The notes: a model not told the origin generated them from the letters alone. DNA of 64,000 nt from Alphaproteobacteria bacterium (GCA_947457935.1 CANGXP010000001.1:4065-68064), one strand, 5' to 3'; counted from the first letter of the stretch, positions 38,711 through 48,127 are shown. Translations and numbers: made by a program.

Positions 38711-40789
38711 ATGACTAGACCGCCCATCCTTTACCCCCTCTTCGCCGATGTTGCAAGTCTCCCCAGCATTGGCCCGCGCTATGCCGAACGACTGAGCCAC
38801 CTGTGCGGCGGGAATCGCGTATTGGATTTGATTTATCACCTGCCGTTAGAGGTGCAGGAACGTAAAATTCTCACCCAAGTGGGGCGCACTGCCTTGCCCT
38901 CGCTTGTGACAATCCCGTTGACGATTGCCGAACACCGCCCGCCAGACGGTAAACGCCGCCCCTATAAAGTGATAACCCAAGATGCAGCGGGGCGTATCAT
39001 CACCCTCACCTTTTTTCATGGCGAACAAAATTATCTGCTGCGGCAGTTGCCCATTGCCAGCAAACGGCTGATTAGCGGCAAGTTAGAGGTGATGGAAGGA
39101 CGCTTAGGCATCACCCATCCTGATTATATCGTGGCAGAAAATGAGGTTGCCCGCATTCCGCAAAAAGAGGCGATTTACCCGTTGACCCAAGGCATTAGCC
39201 AGAAAGTGCTGCTCAAAGCCTTACATAAAGCGTTGGAAACACTGCCCGTGTTGCCCGAATGGCTAGACAAATCCTTGCTGGCGGAGAAAAAATGGGCATC
39301 GTGGGGAGAGTCGTTAAAAACCGTCCATGCGCCCTGTGAGAACGACGATACCTCGCCGCATACGCCCGCTAAAGAACGTCTGGCGTTTGATGAGTTGCTC
39401 GCCCACCAACTCTCGTTAAAAATTGCACGGCAAAGCAAAGCACAGGCGAGCACGCCGCTGAATCCCCCGCGCACACTAATTGCCAAAGCCTTGCAACATC
39501 TGCACTTCGCGCTTACAGAAGCACAACTCAGCGCGTTAGAAGAAATTTTAAGCGATATGGCAGGCAACGCGCAAATGGTGCGCCTGCTGCAAGGCGATGT
39601 GGGGAGTGGTAAAACGATTGTCGCGTTTTTGGCGGCTCTCACCGCCATTGAGGCGGGGTTTCAAGCCGCGATCATGGTGCCCACTGAGATTCTCGCCCAG
39701 CAACACGCCGCTAGTTTTGCGCTTTTAAGCGAAGCGTTGCAAATTCCCGTTGCAACATTAACAGGGCGCGACAAGGGAAAATCCCGCGAGAAACTGCTTA
39801 GTTCCATTGCGTCAGGCTCTATTCCGCTTGTGATTGGCACCCACGCGCTGTTTCAAGAGGATGTAGCGTTTCACAAGTTGGGCTTGGTGGTGATTGACGA
39901 GCAACACCGTTTTGGCGTGCATCAGCGATTGACGTTGACGGCGAAGGGCAAAGCCCCGCATCTCCTCGTGATGACGGCAACGCCCATTCCGCGCACGCTG
40001 TTGCTCACGCAATATAACGATATGACCACCTCAAAAATATTGACGAAACCCGCAGGACGCAAGCCGATTCACACCACCACTGTTTCATTAGACAGGTTAG
40101 ACGAGATGGTAGAACGCTTGAAAGGCGCGTTAGCGGGCGGCGCGAAGGTGTATTGGGTGTGTCCGCTCGTGGAACAGTCAGAATTGCTGGATTTAGCAGC
40201 CGTCACCGAACGCTATGAGGATTTAACAAAAATTTTTGGGGCGCAAGTTGGCCTGTTGCATGGGCGCATGACGGGTGACGAAAAAGAGGCGGTTATCAAG
40301 GCGTTTACCGAGGGTACAGTAAATCTTTTGGTTGCAACCACCGTCATTGAGGTGGGGGTGAACGTACCGCAAGCAACAATTATCCTCATTGAACATGCGG
40401 AACGCTTTGGCCTCGCGCAACTGCACCAGCTGCGCGGGCGCGTGGGGCGGAGCGATGTACAAGGGCATTGCGTGCTTCTCTATGGTAAGCCACTCGGCAA
40501 AGTGTCCTACCGCCGTCTACAAATTATGAAAGAAACAAACGATGGATTTGTGCTCGCGGAAGAGGATTTAAAACTACGCGGTGCAGGCGATATGCTGGGC
40601 ACGAAACAAAGCGGCCTGCCGAGTTTTAAGGTCGCCGATGTGGTAGAACACGCCGATTTGCTCGCACTTGCCCACAATCAAGCCAAATTGATTCTCCACC
40701 GTGACCCAACCCTGCAAAACCCCGAGATACGGCTGTTGTTAGAGCTGTTTCAGCCGTCACAACACACCGCCTATTTGGCGGCGGGATAG
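38711..40789 (+). CDS. recG: ATP-dependent DNA helicase RecG
   Basis: RLLQGDVGSGKT, DEQHRFGV, MTATPIPRT, HQLRGRVGR, EEDLKLRGAG. Confidence 0.97.
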   Translation: MTRPPILYPLFADVASLPSIGPRYAERLSHLCGGNRVLDLIYHLPLEVQERKILTQVGRTALPSLVTIPLTIAEHRPPDGKRRPYKVITQDAAGRIITLTFFHGEQNYLLRQLPIASKRLISGKLEVMEGRLGITHPDYIVAENEVARIPQKEAIYPLTQGISQKVLLKALHKALETLPVLPEWLDKSLLAEKKWASWGESLKTVHAPCENDDTSPHTPAKERLAFDELLAHQLSLKIARQSKAQASTPLNPPRTLIAKALQHLHFALTEAQLSALEEILSDMAGNAQMVRLLQGDVGSGKTIVAFLAALTAIEAGFQAAIMVPTEILAQQHAASFALLSEALQIPVATLTGRDKGKSREKLLSSIASGSIPLVIGTHALFQEDVAFHKLGLVVIDEQHRFGVHQRLTLTAKGKAPHLLVMTATPIPRTLLLTQYNDMTTSKILTKPAGRKPIHTTTVSLDRLDEMVERLKGALAGGAKVYWVCPLVEQSELLDLAAVTERYEDLTKIFGAQVGLLHGRMTGDEKEAVIKAFTEGTVNLLVATTVIEVGVNVPQATIILIEHAERFGLAQLHQLRGRVGRSDVQGHCVLLYGKPLGKVSYRRLQIMKETNDGFVLAEEDLKLRGAGDMLGTKQSGLPSFKVADVVEHADLLALAHNQAKLILHRDPTLQNPEIRLLLELFQPSQHTAYLAAG

Positions 40790-40792
40790 TCT

Positions 40793-41743
40793 ATGTTAAT
40801 TTCTATCGCCCCGATGATGGATTGGACAGATAGACATTGTCGCTATCTCCACCGCCTGCTTTCTAAACACGCCGTGCTCTACACTGAAATGATCACCGCC
40901 AAAGCCCTGATTTTTGGCGCAAGTGAACGCTTGCTCATCTATAATCCGCAAGAACATCCTGTGGTTTTGCAGATCGGCGGCAGTGATTCTGCGGAAATGG
41001 CACGCGCCGTAAAAATTGCCGAACCGTATCAGTACGATGAATATAACATCAATGTGGGTTGCCCGAGTGACCGCGTGCTGGATGGCGCGTTTGGCGCGTG
41101 TCTCATGGCAAAACCCGCCGTTGTGGCTGCCTGTGTAGCGGCGATGAAGGCAGAGACCAACCGCCCTGTAACGGTTAAAACCCGCCTTGGCATTGATGAT
41201 CTTGATAATGACACGCACCTGCATCATTTTGTGGCAACGGTGGCAGCGGCAGGTTGCGCGCATTTCATCATTCATGCGCGAAAAGCGTGGCTAAATGGCT
41301 TGAGTCCTAAGGAAAATCGCGAGATCCCGCCGCTGCAATATGAGCGGGTGTATGCGCTAAAAGCAGCGTTTCCTAAATTGAAGATTACGCTGAATGGCGG
41401 CGTGACCGATTGGGCACAAACCAAACAACACCTTATGTTTTGCGATGGGGTAATGGTGGGACGCGCTGCCTATCAAAAGCCTGCGCTCCTCCGCGAAATA
41501 GACAACCTGTTTTTTGGGGACACAACGCCTCCCCGCCCGCTTTTTGAGAGTGTTTTGCAGTATAAACAGTACGTTGATACGCAATTAGTCTTAGGCGTGC
41601 CGCTGCACATCCTCACCCGCCCGCTGTTGGGACTCTATGAAAGCTGCACAGGAGCAAGGGCTTGGCGGCGGATTTTAACGGAAGAAGCACGCGGCAAAAC
41701 ATCCAGTGAGGTGTTGCTGAAGGCGTTAGAGGCGGTAGCATGA
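40793..41743 (+). CDS. dusA: tRNA dihydrouridine synthase DusA
   Basis: APMMDWTDRHCRY, NINVGCPSDRV, IHARKAWLNGLSPKENREIPPL. Confidence 0.95.
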   Translation: MLISIAPMMDWTDRHCRYLHRLLSKHAVLYTEMITAKALIFGASERLLIYNPQEHPVVLQIGGSDSAEMARAVKIAEPYQYDEYNINVGCPSDRVLDGAFGACLMAKPAVVAACVAAMKAETNRPVTVKTRLGIDDLDNDTHLHHFVATVAAAGCAHFIIHARKAWLNGLSPKENREIPPLQYERVYALKAAFPKLKITLNGGVTDWAQTKQHLMFCDGVMVGRAAYQKPALLREIDNLFFGDTTPPRPLFESVLQYKQYVDTQLVLGVPLHILTRPLLGLYESCTGARAWRRILTEEARGKTSSEVLLKALEAVA

Positions 41744-42414
41744 GTACGCTTATTTGGCGCGACAACACGCCCGTCTCCCCGCATTTTGACGATATTTACT
41801 TCAGTATTGAGGACGGCTTGGCAGAAAGTAGCTTTGTGTTTCTGGAAAATAATCAGCTCGAGCAGCGATTTAAAATCGTTACAGACCAATTTGTGATTGG
41901 TGAACTGGGCTTTGGCACGGGGCTTAATTTCCTCAATACGGTGCGCTTATGGCAACAATGTGCCCCTCACACCGCCACGTTGCACTATTATGCGGTAGAG
42001 AAATACCCGCTCTCCCCAGCAGATATTGAACGGACATTGCGGGTGTGGTCGCCGTTGCAGGATTTAACCGATATTTTTGTTGTCCAATATCCTAAAATAT
42101 TAATGAGTGAATACTCGCTCATTTTTAAAAACGTTTATGTATCAATTTTTTGCGAAGATATCATTACAGGGCTTAGGCGCATCGCCCACCCTGTTCATGC
42201 ATGGTATGGTGATGGTTTTGCGCCTGCAAAAAACCCTGCAATGTGGTCTAGCCAAGTATTTCAACAAATGGCAGAAAAAAGTGCACCCACCGCTACCTTT
42301 GCCACCTTTTCTGCAGCACGATTGGTGCGCGACAATGCCACAGCGGCAGGGTTTACAACAGAGAAAGTGAAGGGGTTTGGGCGAAAACGAACAATGCTGC
42401 GAGGGCATTTATGA
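41740..42414 (+). CDS. mnmD: tRNA mnm5s2U34 methyltransferase (stand-alone MnmC N-terminal half)
   Basis: FDDIYFS, ELGFGTGLNF, WYGDGFAPAKNPAMW, KGFGRKRTML. Confidence 0.9.
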   Translation: MSTLIWRDNTPVSPHFDDIYFSIEDGLAESSFVFLENNQLEQRFKIVTDQFVIGELGFGTGLNFLNTVRLWQQCAPHTATLHYYAVEKYPLSPADIERTLRVWSPLQDLTDIFVVQYPKILMSEYSLIFKNVYVSIFCEDIITGLRRIAHPVHAWYGDGFAPAKNPAMWSSQVFQQMAEKSAPTATFATFSAARLVRDNATAAGFTTEKVKGFGRKRTMLRGHL

Positions 42415-43427
42415 TTGCCGTTATCGGCGCAGGATTAGCAGGCTGTTTCACTGCACACGCCTTTGCAGCACAAGGGGTTGATGTCCATATTTTTGAGAGG
42501 GGCGGCGGGTTCGGTGCAGGTGCATCGGGCAATCTTGCAGGGGCTCTTCATCCCCAACTCACCGCCGCCCCTAGCAAACATGGGCAGTTTTATGCAGACA
42601 GTTTCAGAAAAATGGTGGCGTTGCTGGATGACTTGCAACGCCGCACTTCTTACCCATTTTGGCAGCAATGCGGCGCATTGTGGCTAGCCGAGACACCAGA
42701 GCAACAAACCCGCTACCAAAAAATCGCGGCGCAAGCCTACTGTGCGGATTTGGTCGCATGGGTGGATACCGCCACCGCAAGCACGATTGCAGGGGTTGAA
42801 GTTGCTCACCCTGCCTTATTTCTACCAACAGCAGGATGGGTGCGCCCTGCCCTCCTCTGCCAAGTATTATGCTCTGCGTTTCCTGAAAAAATTACAGTGC
42901 ACTTTGACACCGCCTTAACAACCTTGCAAAAACAAGGCAAATACTGGGTCTTAAATGGAAATTTCACAACACAACGTGTAGTTATCGCCAATGCGTCCGC
43001 AGCCCTACAACTCCCGCAAACAGCACACCTGCCGCTGCAAATTACGCGCGGGCAAGTGACCTACCTCCCTGCAACGCCTGAATCACAAGCCTTGCAGACA
43101 ATTTTGTGTGGCAACAGCTATGTTATCCCTGCGATTGACGGCAAACACGTTATTGGCGCAACATTTCAGCGGCATGATACAGACACAGCCAATCGCCTTA
43201 GCGATACGGCGCACAATCTGCACGCTGTTCAACAGCTGCTCCCGCAATGGAGGAATTGGCTTACATCCCTTGATGCGGAAAGTTTAGAAAGTCGTGCTGG
43301 CTTGCGTGCAAGCTTCCCTGACCATCTCCCTCGCTTTGAATGGCTTGAAGACGGCTTAGGGATTGCGCTGGGGTTAGGGTCGCGGGGGTTGGTGAGTGCA
43401 ATTGCCAATACACTCTTACAAAGATAA
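42411..43427 (+). CDS. mnmC: FAD-dependent cmnm5s2U34 oxidoreductase (stand-alone MnmC C-terminal half), apparently short at the C-terminus
   Basis: IGAGLAG, GASGNLAG, GWVRP, RGQVT, GATF, GLGSRGL. Confidence 0.82.
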   Translation: MIAVIGAGLAGCFTAHAFAAQGVDVHIFERGGGFGAGASGNLAGALHPQLTAAPSKHGQFYADSFRKMVALLDDLQRRTSYPFWQQCGALWLAETPEQQTRYQKIAAQAYCADLVAWVDTATASTIAGVEVAHPALFLPTAGWVRPALLCQVLCSAFPEKITVHFDTALTTLQKQGKYWVLNGNFTTQRVVIANASAALQLPQTAHLPLQITRGQVTYLPATPESQALQTILCGNSYVIPAIDGKHVIGATFQRHDTDTANRLSDTAHNLHAVQQLLPQWRNWLTSLDAESLESRAGLRASFPDHLPRFEWLEDGLGIALGLGSRGLVSAIANTLLQR

Positions 43428-43436
43428 ATAAATTTC

Positions 43437-43464
43437 TTGACGAATATATATATATATATATTAA
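43437..43464 (+). promoter_or_regulatory. TTGACG followed by an (AT)9 tract: putative promoter with a microsatellite spacer
   Basis: TTGACG AATATATATATATATATATTAA upstream of an ORF with AAGGAGG; same layout at 52175. Confidence 0.45.
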
Positions 43465-43505
43465 GACTCAATTATCCATTTTTCATAAGCCATAAGGAGG
43501 GCGTT

Positions 43506-43718
43506 ATGAATTCAGATACATTATGTAAGTTGTCGGATCGCTTGGAAAAAGCAATAGGTGCTTACGCACCTAGCACGAACACTAACTATCAAGAAAGCCA
43601 AGCCACAATCAGCTTGAAAAATCTTGAGATGTCGATTGTAATCGCAAAAACAATGTCAGAGTTTTTTAAGGCATCAGCCCAAGAACAAAGCGTCGTTGAG
43701 GGCGACAATCTACAATAA
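43506..43718 (+). CDS. Small orphan protein (70 aa)
   Basis: Strong RBS TAAGGAGG, ATG at 43506, downstream hairpins; no recognisable family. Confidence 0.6.
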   Translation: MNSDTLCKLSDRLEKAIGAYAPSTNTNYQESQATISLKNLEMSIVIAKTMSEFFKASAQEQSVVEGDNLQ

Positions 43719-43788
43719 CCGCTTTCAGCTAAGTACGCTCCTCACCAGATTACTCGGGATTTTCTGATGGGGAGAATTTAAAGTATAA

Positions 43789-43819
43789 ACTCCCAATTAT
43801 GCGAAGCATGATTGGGGGT
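43789..43819. terminator. Hairpin between the convergent orphan ORF and nrdB
   Basis: ACTCCCAATTATGC-GAA-GCATGATTGGGGGT stem-loop. Confidence 0.55.
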
Positions 43820-43869
43820 GCACTTTGAATTATGCCAATCCCCTCAAGCAATGTCATACTTCCACCCCC

Positions 43870-44829
43870 TCACGCAAACGCCTCTTCCCACGTTCCCACT
43901 GTCGCGGCTTTAGAATACTCTGTCGCGCGGTTTTCAAAGAAGTTAGCGTGCTCCACCCCGTTCATGATTTCATCAATCCACGGCAGCGGATTTTCTGCAA
44001 TATTATACAACGGTTGCAAACCAAGCTGTGCCAAGCGTCTGTCGGCAATATAGCGGATATACTGCTTCACCTCGGCTGAGGTTAGCCCTTCAATCGCGCC
44101 CATTTCAAAGGCAAGATCGATGAACGCATCCTCATGCTCAACGATGGTAGAGCACGCAGTATAGAGCTTTTGCTGGAACTCTTCCGTCCAGATTTCAGGG
44201 AATTCACTGATAAACGTGCGGAACAGTCGGATGATGGAGGCGCAATGCAACGATTCATCGCGCACCGACCACGAGACAATCTGCCCCATGCCCTTCATTT
44301 TGTTATAACGCGGGAAGTTGAGCAAAATCGCGAAACTCGCGAACAGTTGCAGCCCTTCCGTGAACGCGCCGAACACTGCCAAAGTCATCGCAATATCGTG
44401 ATTCGTATCCACGCCAAACTGCTGCATATAGTCGTATTTGTCCTTCATTTCCTTGTAACGGAAAAAGGCACTGTATTCAATTTCGGGCATCCCGACGGTA
44501 TCCAGCAAATAGGAATACGCCGCGATATGCACCGTCTCCATGTTGGAGAAGGCGGCGAGCATCATCTGCACTTCTGTTGGCTGAAACACGCGGGAATAGT
44601 GCTTCATATAGCAATTATTCACTTCCACATCCGCTTGGGTGAAAAAGCGGAAAATCTGCGTGAGCAGGTTGTGTTCTGCGGGGGTGATGACGCGTTGCCA
44701 GTCTTTCACATCATCCGCCAAGGGGACTTCCTCAGGCAGCCAGTGAATACGCTGTTGTTGCAGCCATGCATCATATGCCCAAGGGTAGCGAAAGGGTTTG
44801 TAAACGTGGGTGGGGGTGAGAAGGGACAT
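43870..44829 (-). CDS. nrdB: Class I ribonucleotide reductase beta subunit
   Basis: HWLPEEVPL, FFTQADVEV, METVHIAAYS, FTEGLQLFASF, WSVRDESLH, NFFENRATEY. Confidence 0.96.
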   Translation of the reverse strand: MSLLTPTHVYKPFRYPWAYDAWLQQQRIHWLPEEVPLADDVKDWQRVITPAEHNLLTQIFRFFTQADVEVNNCYMKHYSRVFQPTEVQMMLAAFSNMETVHIAAYSYLLDTVGMPEIEYSAFFRYKEMKDKYDYMQQFGVDTNHDIAMTLAVFGAFTEGLQLFASFAILLNFPRYNKMKGMGQIVSWSVRDESLHCASIIRLFRTFISEFPEIWTEEFQQKLYTACSTIVEHEDAFIDLAFEMGAIEGLTSAEVKQYIRYIADRRLAQLGLQPLYNIAENPLPWIDEIMNGVEHANFFENRATEYSKAATVGTWEEAFA

Positions 44830-44834
44830 AGTTT

Positions 44835-45035
44835 TTACACCTTTTTTAGAATAAGAGAGGTTTTGTTTGAGAAAAGCAACAGAATGCTGCGATCGTCCAG
44901 CACCTTGAAGCGAACTTTTGTACTAGCCACAATCCCTAACTCTCTGCGAAGAGCAGCAGGAATAGTGAGCCGACCACGCGCATCCAAGAGTGCTGTAGGA
45001 ATAGATTGTTTTTCAAGTGATGTGCCAGACACCAT
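44835..45035 (-). CDS. AbrB/MazE/SpoVT-family DNA-binding protein
   Basis: LDARGRLTIPAALRRELGI swapped-hairpin signature. Confidence 0.75.
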   Translation of the reverse strand: MVSGTSLEKQSIPTALLDARGRLTIPAALRRELGIVASTKVRFKVLDDRSILLLFSNKTSLILKKV

Positions 45036-45270
45036 TTTTCTTTATCTCCTCATACATCGCATCAGGGGCAAGGTCTGCCCCGTTCGGCCAAGTTACCGCA
45101 CCATGGTCAATATAGGCTTGGTTGAAAAAGGCAGGGTCGCGGAGGGGTTCGAAGACTTCTCCCCGCAAAGCACTCTCAGCAAGAATGACTTTTCCTGCCA
45201 GTCCATCGCGAAAGCGCACTTCAAAAGTATGGTTGTCGTGGGTGAAGAGTTGGGAAATATCGCAATACAT
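45013..45270 (-). CDS. DUF2442-family protein (putative antitoxin)
   Basis: VRFRDG, VFEPLRDPAFF, GAVTWPNGADLAPDAMY. Confidence 0.85.
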   Translation of the reverse strand: MYCDISQLFTHDNHTFEVRFRDGLAGKVILAESALRGEVFEPLRDPAFFNQAYIDHGAVTWPNGADLAPDAMYEEIKKNGVWHIT

Positions 45271-45275
45271 TAATT

Positions 45276-45536
45276 TTACTCCAATGGCGGGATTTTCACA
45301 GTTCGTCCCCCTTGATGCACTGCATTCCAGTTATCCCATAATTCCTTTTGATGCAGCGTTGCCCACTCTAACACTAGTTTTTGCGCGCGCTTTGAGAGGT
45401 CACCTTTTATCATTTCCAATTTTTCAATATCAAACATGCCCTTTTCCTCCCCATACATCGCATGGAAATGCGGCGGCGTATGGTCGTAAAAGTACATCTG
45501 AATGATGATACCGAAGAATATGGAGAGGGTGGGCAT
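45276..45536 (-). CDS. DUF4160-family protein (putative toxin partner of DUF2442)
   Basis: MPTLSIFFGIIIQMYFYDHTPPHFHAMYG...LVLEWATLHQKELWDNW. Confidence 0.88.
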   Translation of the reverse strand: MPTLSIFFGIIIQMYFYDHTPPHFHAMYGEEKGMFDIEKLEMIKGDLSKRAQKLVLEWATLHQKELWDNWNAVHQGGRTVKIPPLE

Positions 45537-45914
45537 CTATATCACTCCCCGTAAAAAACTAATTAAACCAGAAAAACTTTCAACCTCTTTTAGAAAGGAA
45601 TAAAGTTTCTTAACTGTTTCAATGCCTTTTAAGAATAGTTTTTTACCAAGGGGCTGCTTTTTAAGCTCCTCCATAAAGAAATTTTCGTCACTTACACCGT
45701 TAGCACCTATCTTTTCTAGAAATGCTAATAGATCTTTACGCATTTCTGGATCTTTCATCCAAGGATGTTCGGTTAATATAGTTTTATAATAATCAGTAGT
45801 ATAGTGTACAAACCCCTGCTCTATGTTTTTTGCAACAACACCATCAACATATACCTTTGCATCACCATGTATTGCCATACCCCTACGACAATTTTCAATA
45901 TACACATTCTTCAT
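45537..45914 (-). CDS. AT-rich orphan protein
   Basis: Open frame directly after the nrdA stop and abutting DUF4160; likely start ATG 45914 (track starts at 45944). Confidence 0.6.
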   Translation of the reverse strand: MKNVYIENCRRGMAIHGDAKVYVDGVVAKNIEQGFVHYTTDYYKTILTEHPWMKDPEMRKDLLAFLEKIGANGVSDENFFMEELKKQPLGKKLFLKGIETVKKLYSFLKEVESFSGLISFLRGVI

Positions 45915-45925
45915 TGTTATTTCAC

Positions 45926-47821
45926 TTACTGACACGCCAGACATTCCTCATACTCCACATTCTCCCGCACCCCGCTGCTGTTGTTCGCATTGGCGGCGGG
46001 CATTTTTAGCGGCAGATCTTGGGTGATTGGTAACAGGAAGTCAAGGCGATCGGCTTTTTCAGGGGAGCTGTTGACGGTTGCGGCAACGGATACCACATCC
46101 GCCCGCTGAATCGACTTAGAACGGCAGTAATACAGGCTTTTCACGCCTTTTTTCCATGCCTCAAAGTGAATTTGGTGGAGGTCACGCTTGTGCACATTGC
46201 CATGGAGGAAAATGTTAAGCGATTGCGCTTGGCAGACGTAGGGCGTTCTATCGGCGGCAAAGTCAATCAACCAGCGTTGATCCAGCTCAAACGCGGTCCT
46301 GAACACGGCTTTTTCGTGGTCATCAAGAAAATCAAGATGCTGCACCGAACCTTCATTGGTGGAAATGGACGACCAGACGCTTTGATTGTTGTGTCCTTTG
46401 GCTTCCAGCAACTTTTCAAGGTGCTTGTTGCGCACGGTAAACGATCCACTGAGCGTTTTGTGGGTAAAACTGTTTGCAACATACGGCTCAACGCCGGGGG
46501 ATGACCCGCCGCAAATAATGGAAATAGAGGCCGTCGGCGCAATAGCGAGTTTGTTAGAAAACCGCTCTAGAATGCCGAAGTCTGCCGCATCGGGGCACGC
46601 CCCACGCTCTTTCGCCAGCGCGACAGAGGCCTTATCCGCTTCCCCCTTGATATATTTAGACATCCGCAAGTTCCATGACTTAGCTAACGCTGATTCCAGC
46701 GGAATACCTTGCTCTTGGAAAAATGAATGCAAGCCCATCACGCCTAAGCCGACGCTCCGCTCGCGCATCGCAGAGTATTTAGCGCGGCTCATGGAATCAG
46801 GCGCGGTGTCGATAAAATCTTGTAGCACGTTATCAAGAAAACGCATCACGTCCTCAATAAACTGCGGGTGTCCTTCCCATTCGCGGTAGGTTTCTAAGTT
46901 GAGGGAGGACAAGCAGCAGACGGCGGTGCGGTTTTTGCCGTATTGATCAAGCCCTGTGGTGAGCGTAATCTCACTGCACAGGTTGGAGGTTTTGACAGAC
47001 AGCCCCGCCAGCTTGTGATGTTCAGGAATGGCGCGGTTGACGTGATCGATATACACAAGATACGGCTCGCCTGTTTCCACCCGTGCGGTGAGAAGGCGAA
47101 TCCACAACGCGCGCGCCGAGATTTTCTTGATAATTGCGCCATCTTTGGGGCTTAACAGTGCCCATTCTTCATCGTTTTCCACCGCCCGCATGAAGGCATC
47201 AGGCACGAGAACCCCGTGATGCAAGTTGGGGGCTTTGCGGTTGGGATCACCGCCTGTGGGACGACGCAACTCAATAAATTCTTCAATTTCAGGGTGACGG
47301 AGCGGTAAATACACCGCCGCACTGCCGCGCCGTAGAGAGCCTTGGGAAATCGCCAAGGTGAGCGCGTCTTGCACCCGAATAAACGGCACAACACCTGACG
47401 TTTTGCCATTGCCGCGCACTTGCTCGCCAATCGAGCGCAAGTTGCCCCAATAGCTACCAATGCCGCCGCCCCGTGCTGCTAACCACACGTTTTCATTCCA
47501 TAAATCAACGATGCCATTCAGGCTATCATCCGCTTCATTGAGGAAGCAGGAAATGGGCAAGCCCCTGTCTGTCCCGCCGTTCGACAACACAGGCGTTGCG
47601 GGCATAAACCACATATTGCTGATATAATCATAGAGCCGCTGGGCATGTGCCGAATTATCCGCATAATAGCTGGCAACCCGCGCAAAAAGCTCTTGATAGG
47701 TCTCATCAGGCAGCAAATACCTGTCTTTGAGCACGGCTTTGCCGAAATCAGTAAGTTTCGCATCGCGGGTATCATCAACGGTTACGGAAATACCGCTTTG
47801 GCGTTGCAGGACGTTGAGCAT
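45926..47821 (-). CDS. nrdA: Class I ribonucleotide reductase alpha subunit (short form, no evident ATP-cone)
   Basis: FMPATPVLSNGG, LPISCFL, TSNLCSEI, AVCCLSSLNL, AIAPTASISI, C-terminal ECLACQ. Confidence 0.96.
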   Translation of the reverse strand: MLNVLQRQSGISVTVDDTRDAKLTDFGKAVLKDRYLLPDETYQELFARVASYYADNSAHAQRLYDYISNMWFMPATPVLSNGGTDRGLPISCFLNEADDSLNGIVDLWNENVWLAARGGGIGSYWGNLRSIGEQVRGNGKTSGVVPFIRVQDALTLAISQGSLRRGSAAVYLPLRHPEIEEFIELRRPTGGDPNRKAPNLHHGVLVPDAFMRAVENDEEWALLSPKDGAIIKKISARALWIRLLTARVETGEPYLVYIDHVNRAIPEHHKLAGLSVKTSNLCSEITLTTGLDQYGKNRTAVCCLSSLNLETYREWEGHPQFIEDVMRFLDNVLQDFIDTAPDSMSRAKYSAMRERSVGLGVMGLHSFFQEQGIPLESALAKSWNLRMSKYIKGEADKASVALAKERGACPDAADFGILERFSNKLAIAPTASISIICGGSSPGVEPYVANSFTHKTLSGSFTVRNKHLEKLLEAKGHNNQSVWSSISTNEGSVQHLDFLDDHEKAVFRTAFELDQRWLIDFAADRTPYVCQAQSLNIFLHGNVHKRDLHQIHFEAWKKGVKSLYYCRSKSIQRADVVSVAATVNSSPEKADRLDFLLPITQDLPLKMPAANANNSSGVRENVEYEECLACQ

Positions 47822-47838
47822 GGGAGTCTCCTTACAGG

Positions 47839-47923
47839 CGCGAGGGATTAGGCACGAGGCACAAGGGGTTAAAAATTAGGATTTATAACTTTATCCCTCG
47901 TGCCTCGTGCCTAACCCCTCGCG
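47839..47923. repeat. AGGCACG-heptamer inverted-repeat hairpin in the nrdA 5' leader
   Basis: Arms 47839-47868 and 47894-47923 are near-perfect complements; same heptamer as 11181-11300. Confidence 0.8.
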
Positions 47924-47930
47924 TCTAACA

Positions 47931-47978
47931 ACACTACATCTTGTGTGTATGTTAAGAATGTATCCCTATATCTTGTGA
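47931..47978. promoter_or_regulatory. Tandem NrdR boxes upstream of nrdA
   Basis: ACACTACATCTTGTGT (47931-47946) and TCCCTATATCTTGTGA (47963-47978) match acaCwAtATaTwGtg, 32 bp apart as is typical. Confidence 0.8.
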
Positions 47979-48067
47979 TAGCAAGGGGAAAATTTTAAAA
48001 TTTTGTCGCTATTTTTTCTTGACACTGATTTTTCGATTTTTTGCATCGCACCATAATAAAATGACAT

Positions 48068-48105
48068 AAAAAAAGCCCCTATCCGCGAGAGATAGAGGCT
48101 TTTTT
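48068..48105 (-). terminator. Rho-independent terminator of glnA
   Basis: AGCCCCTATC / GATAGAGGCT stem flanked by A7 and T tracts. Confidence 0.8.
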
Positions 48106-48127
48106 GCAACAATTTTATAGCAGTATT

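Noticed and set aside
44134-45273. 379-aa plus-strand ORF
   Set aside because: Antisense shadow of nrdB and the TA cassette with no recognisable motifs
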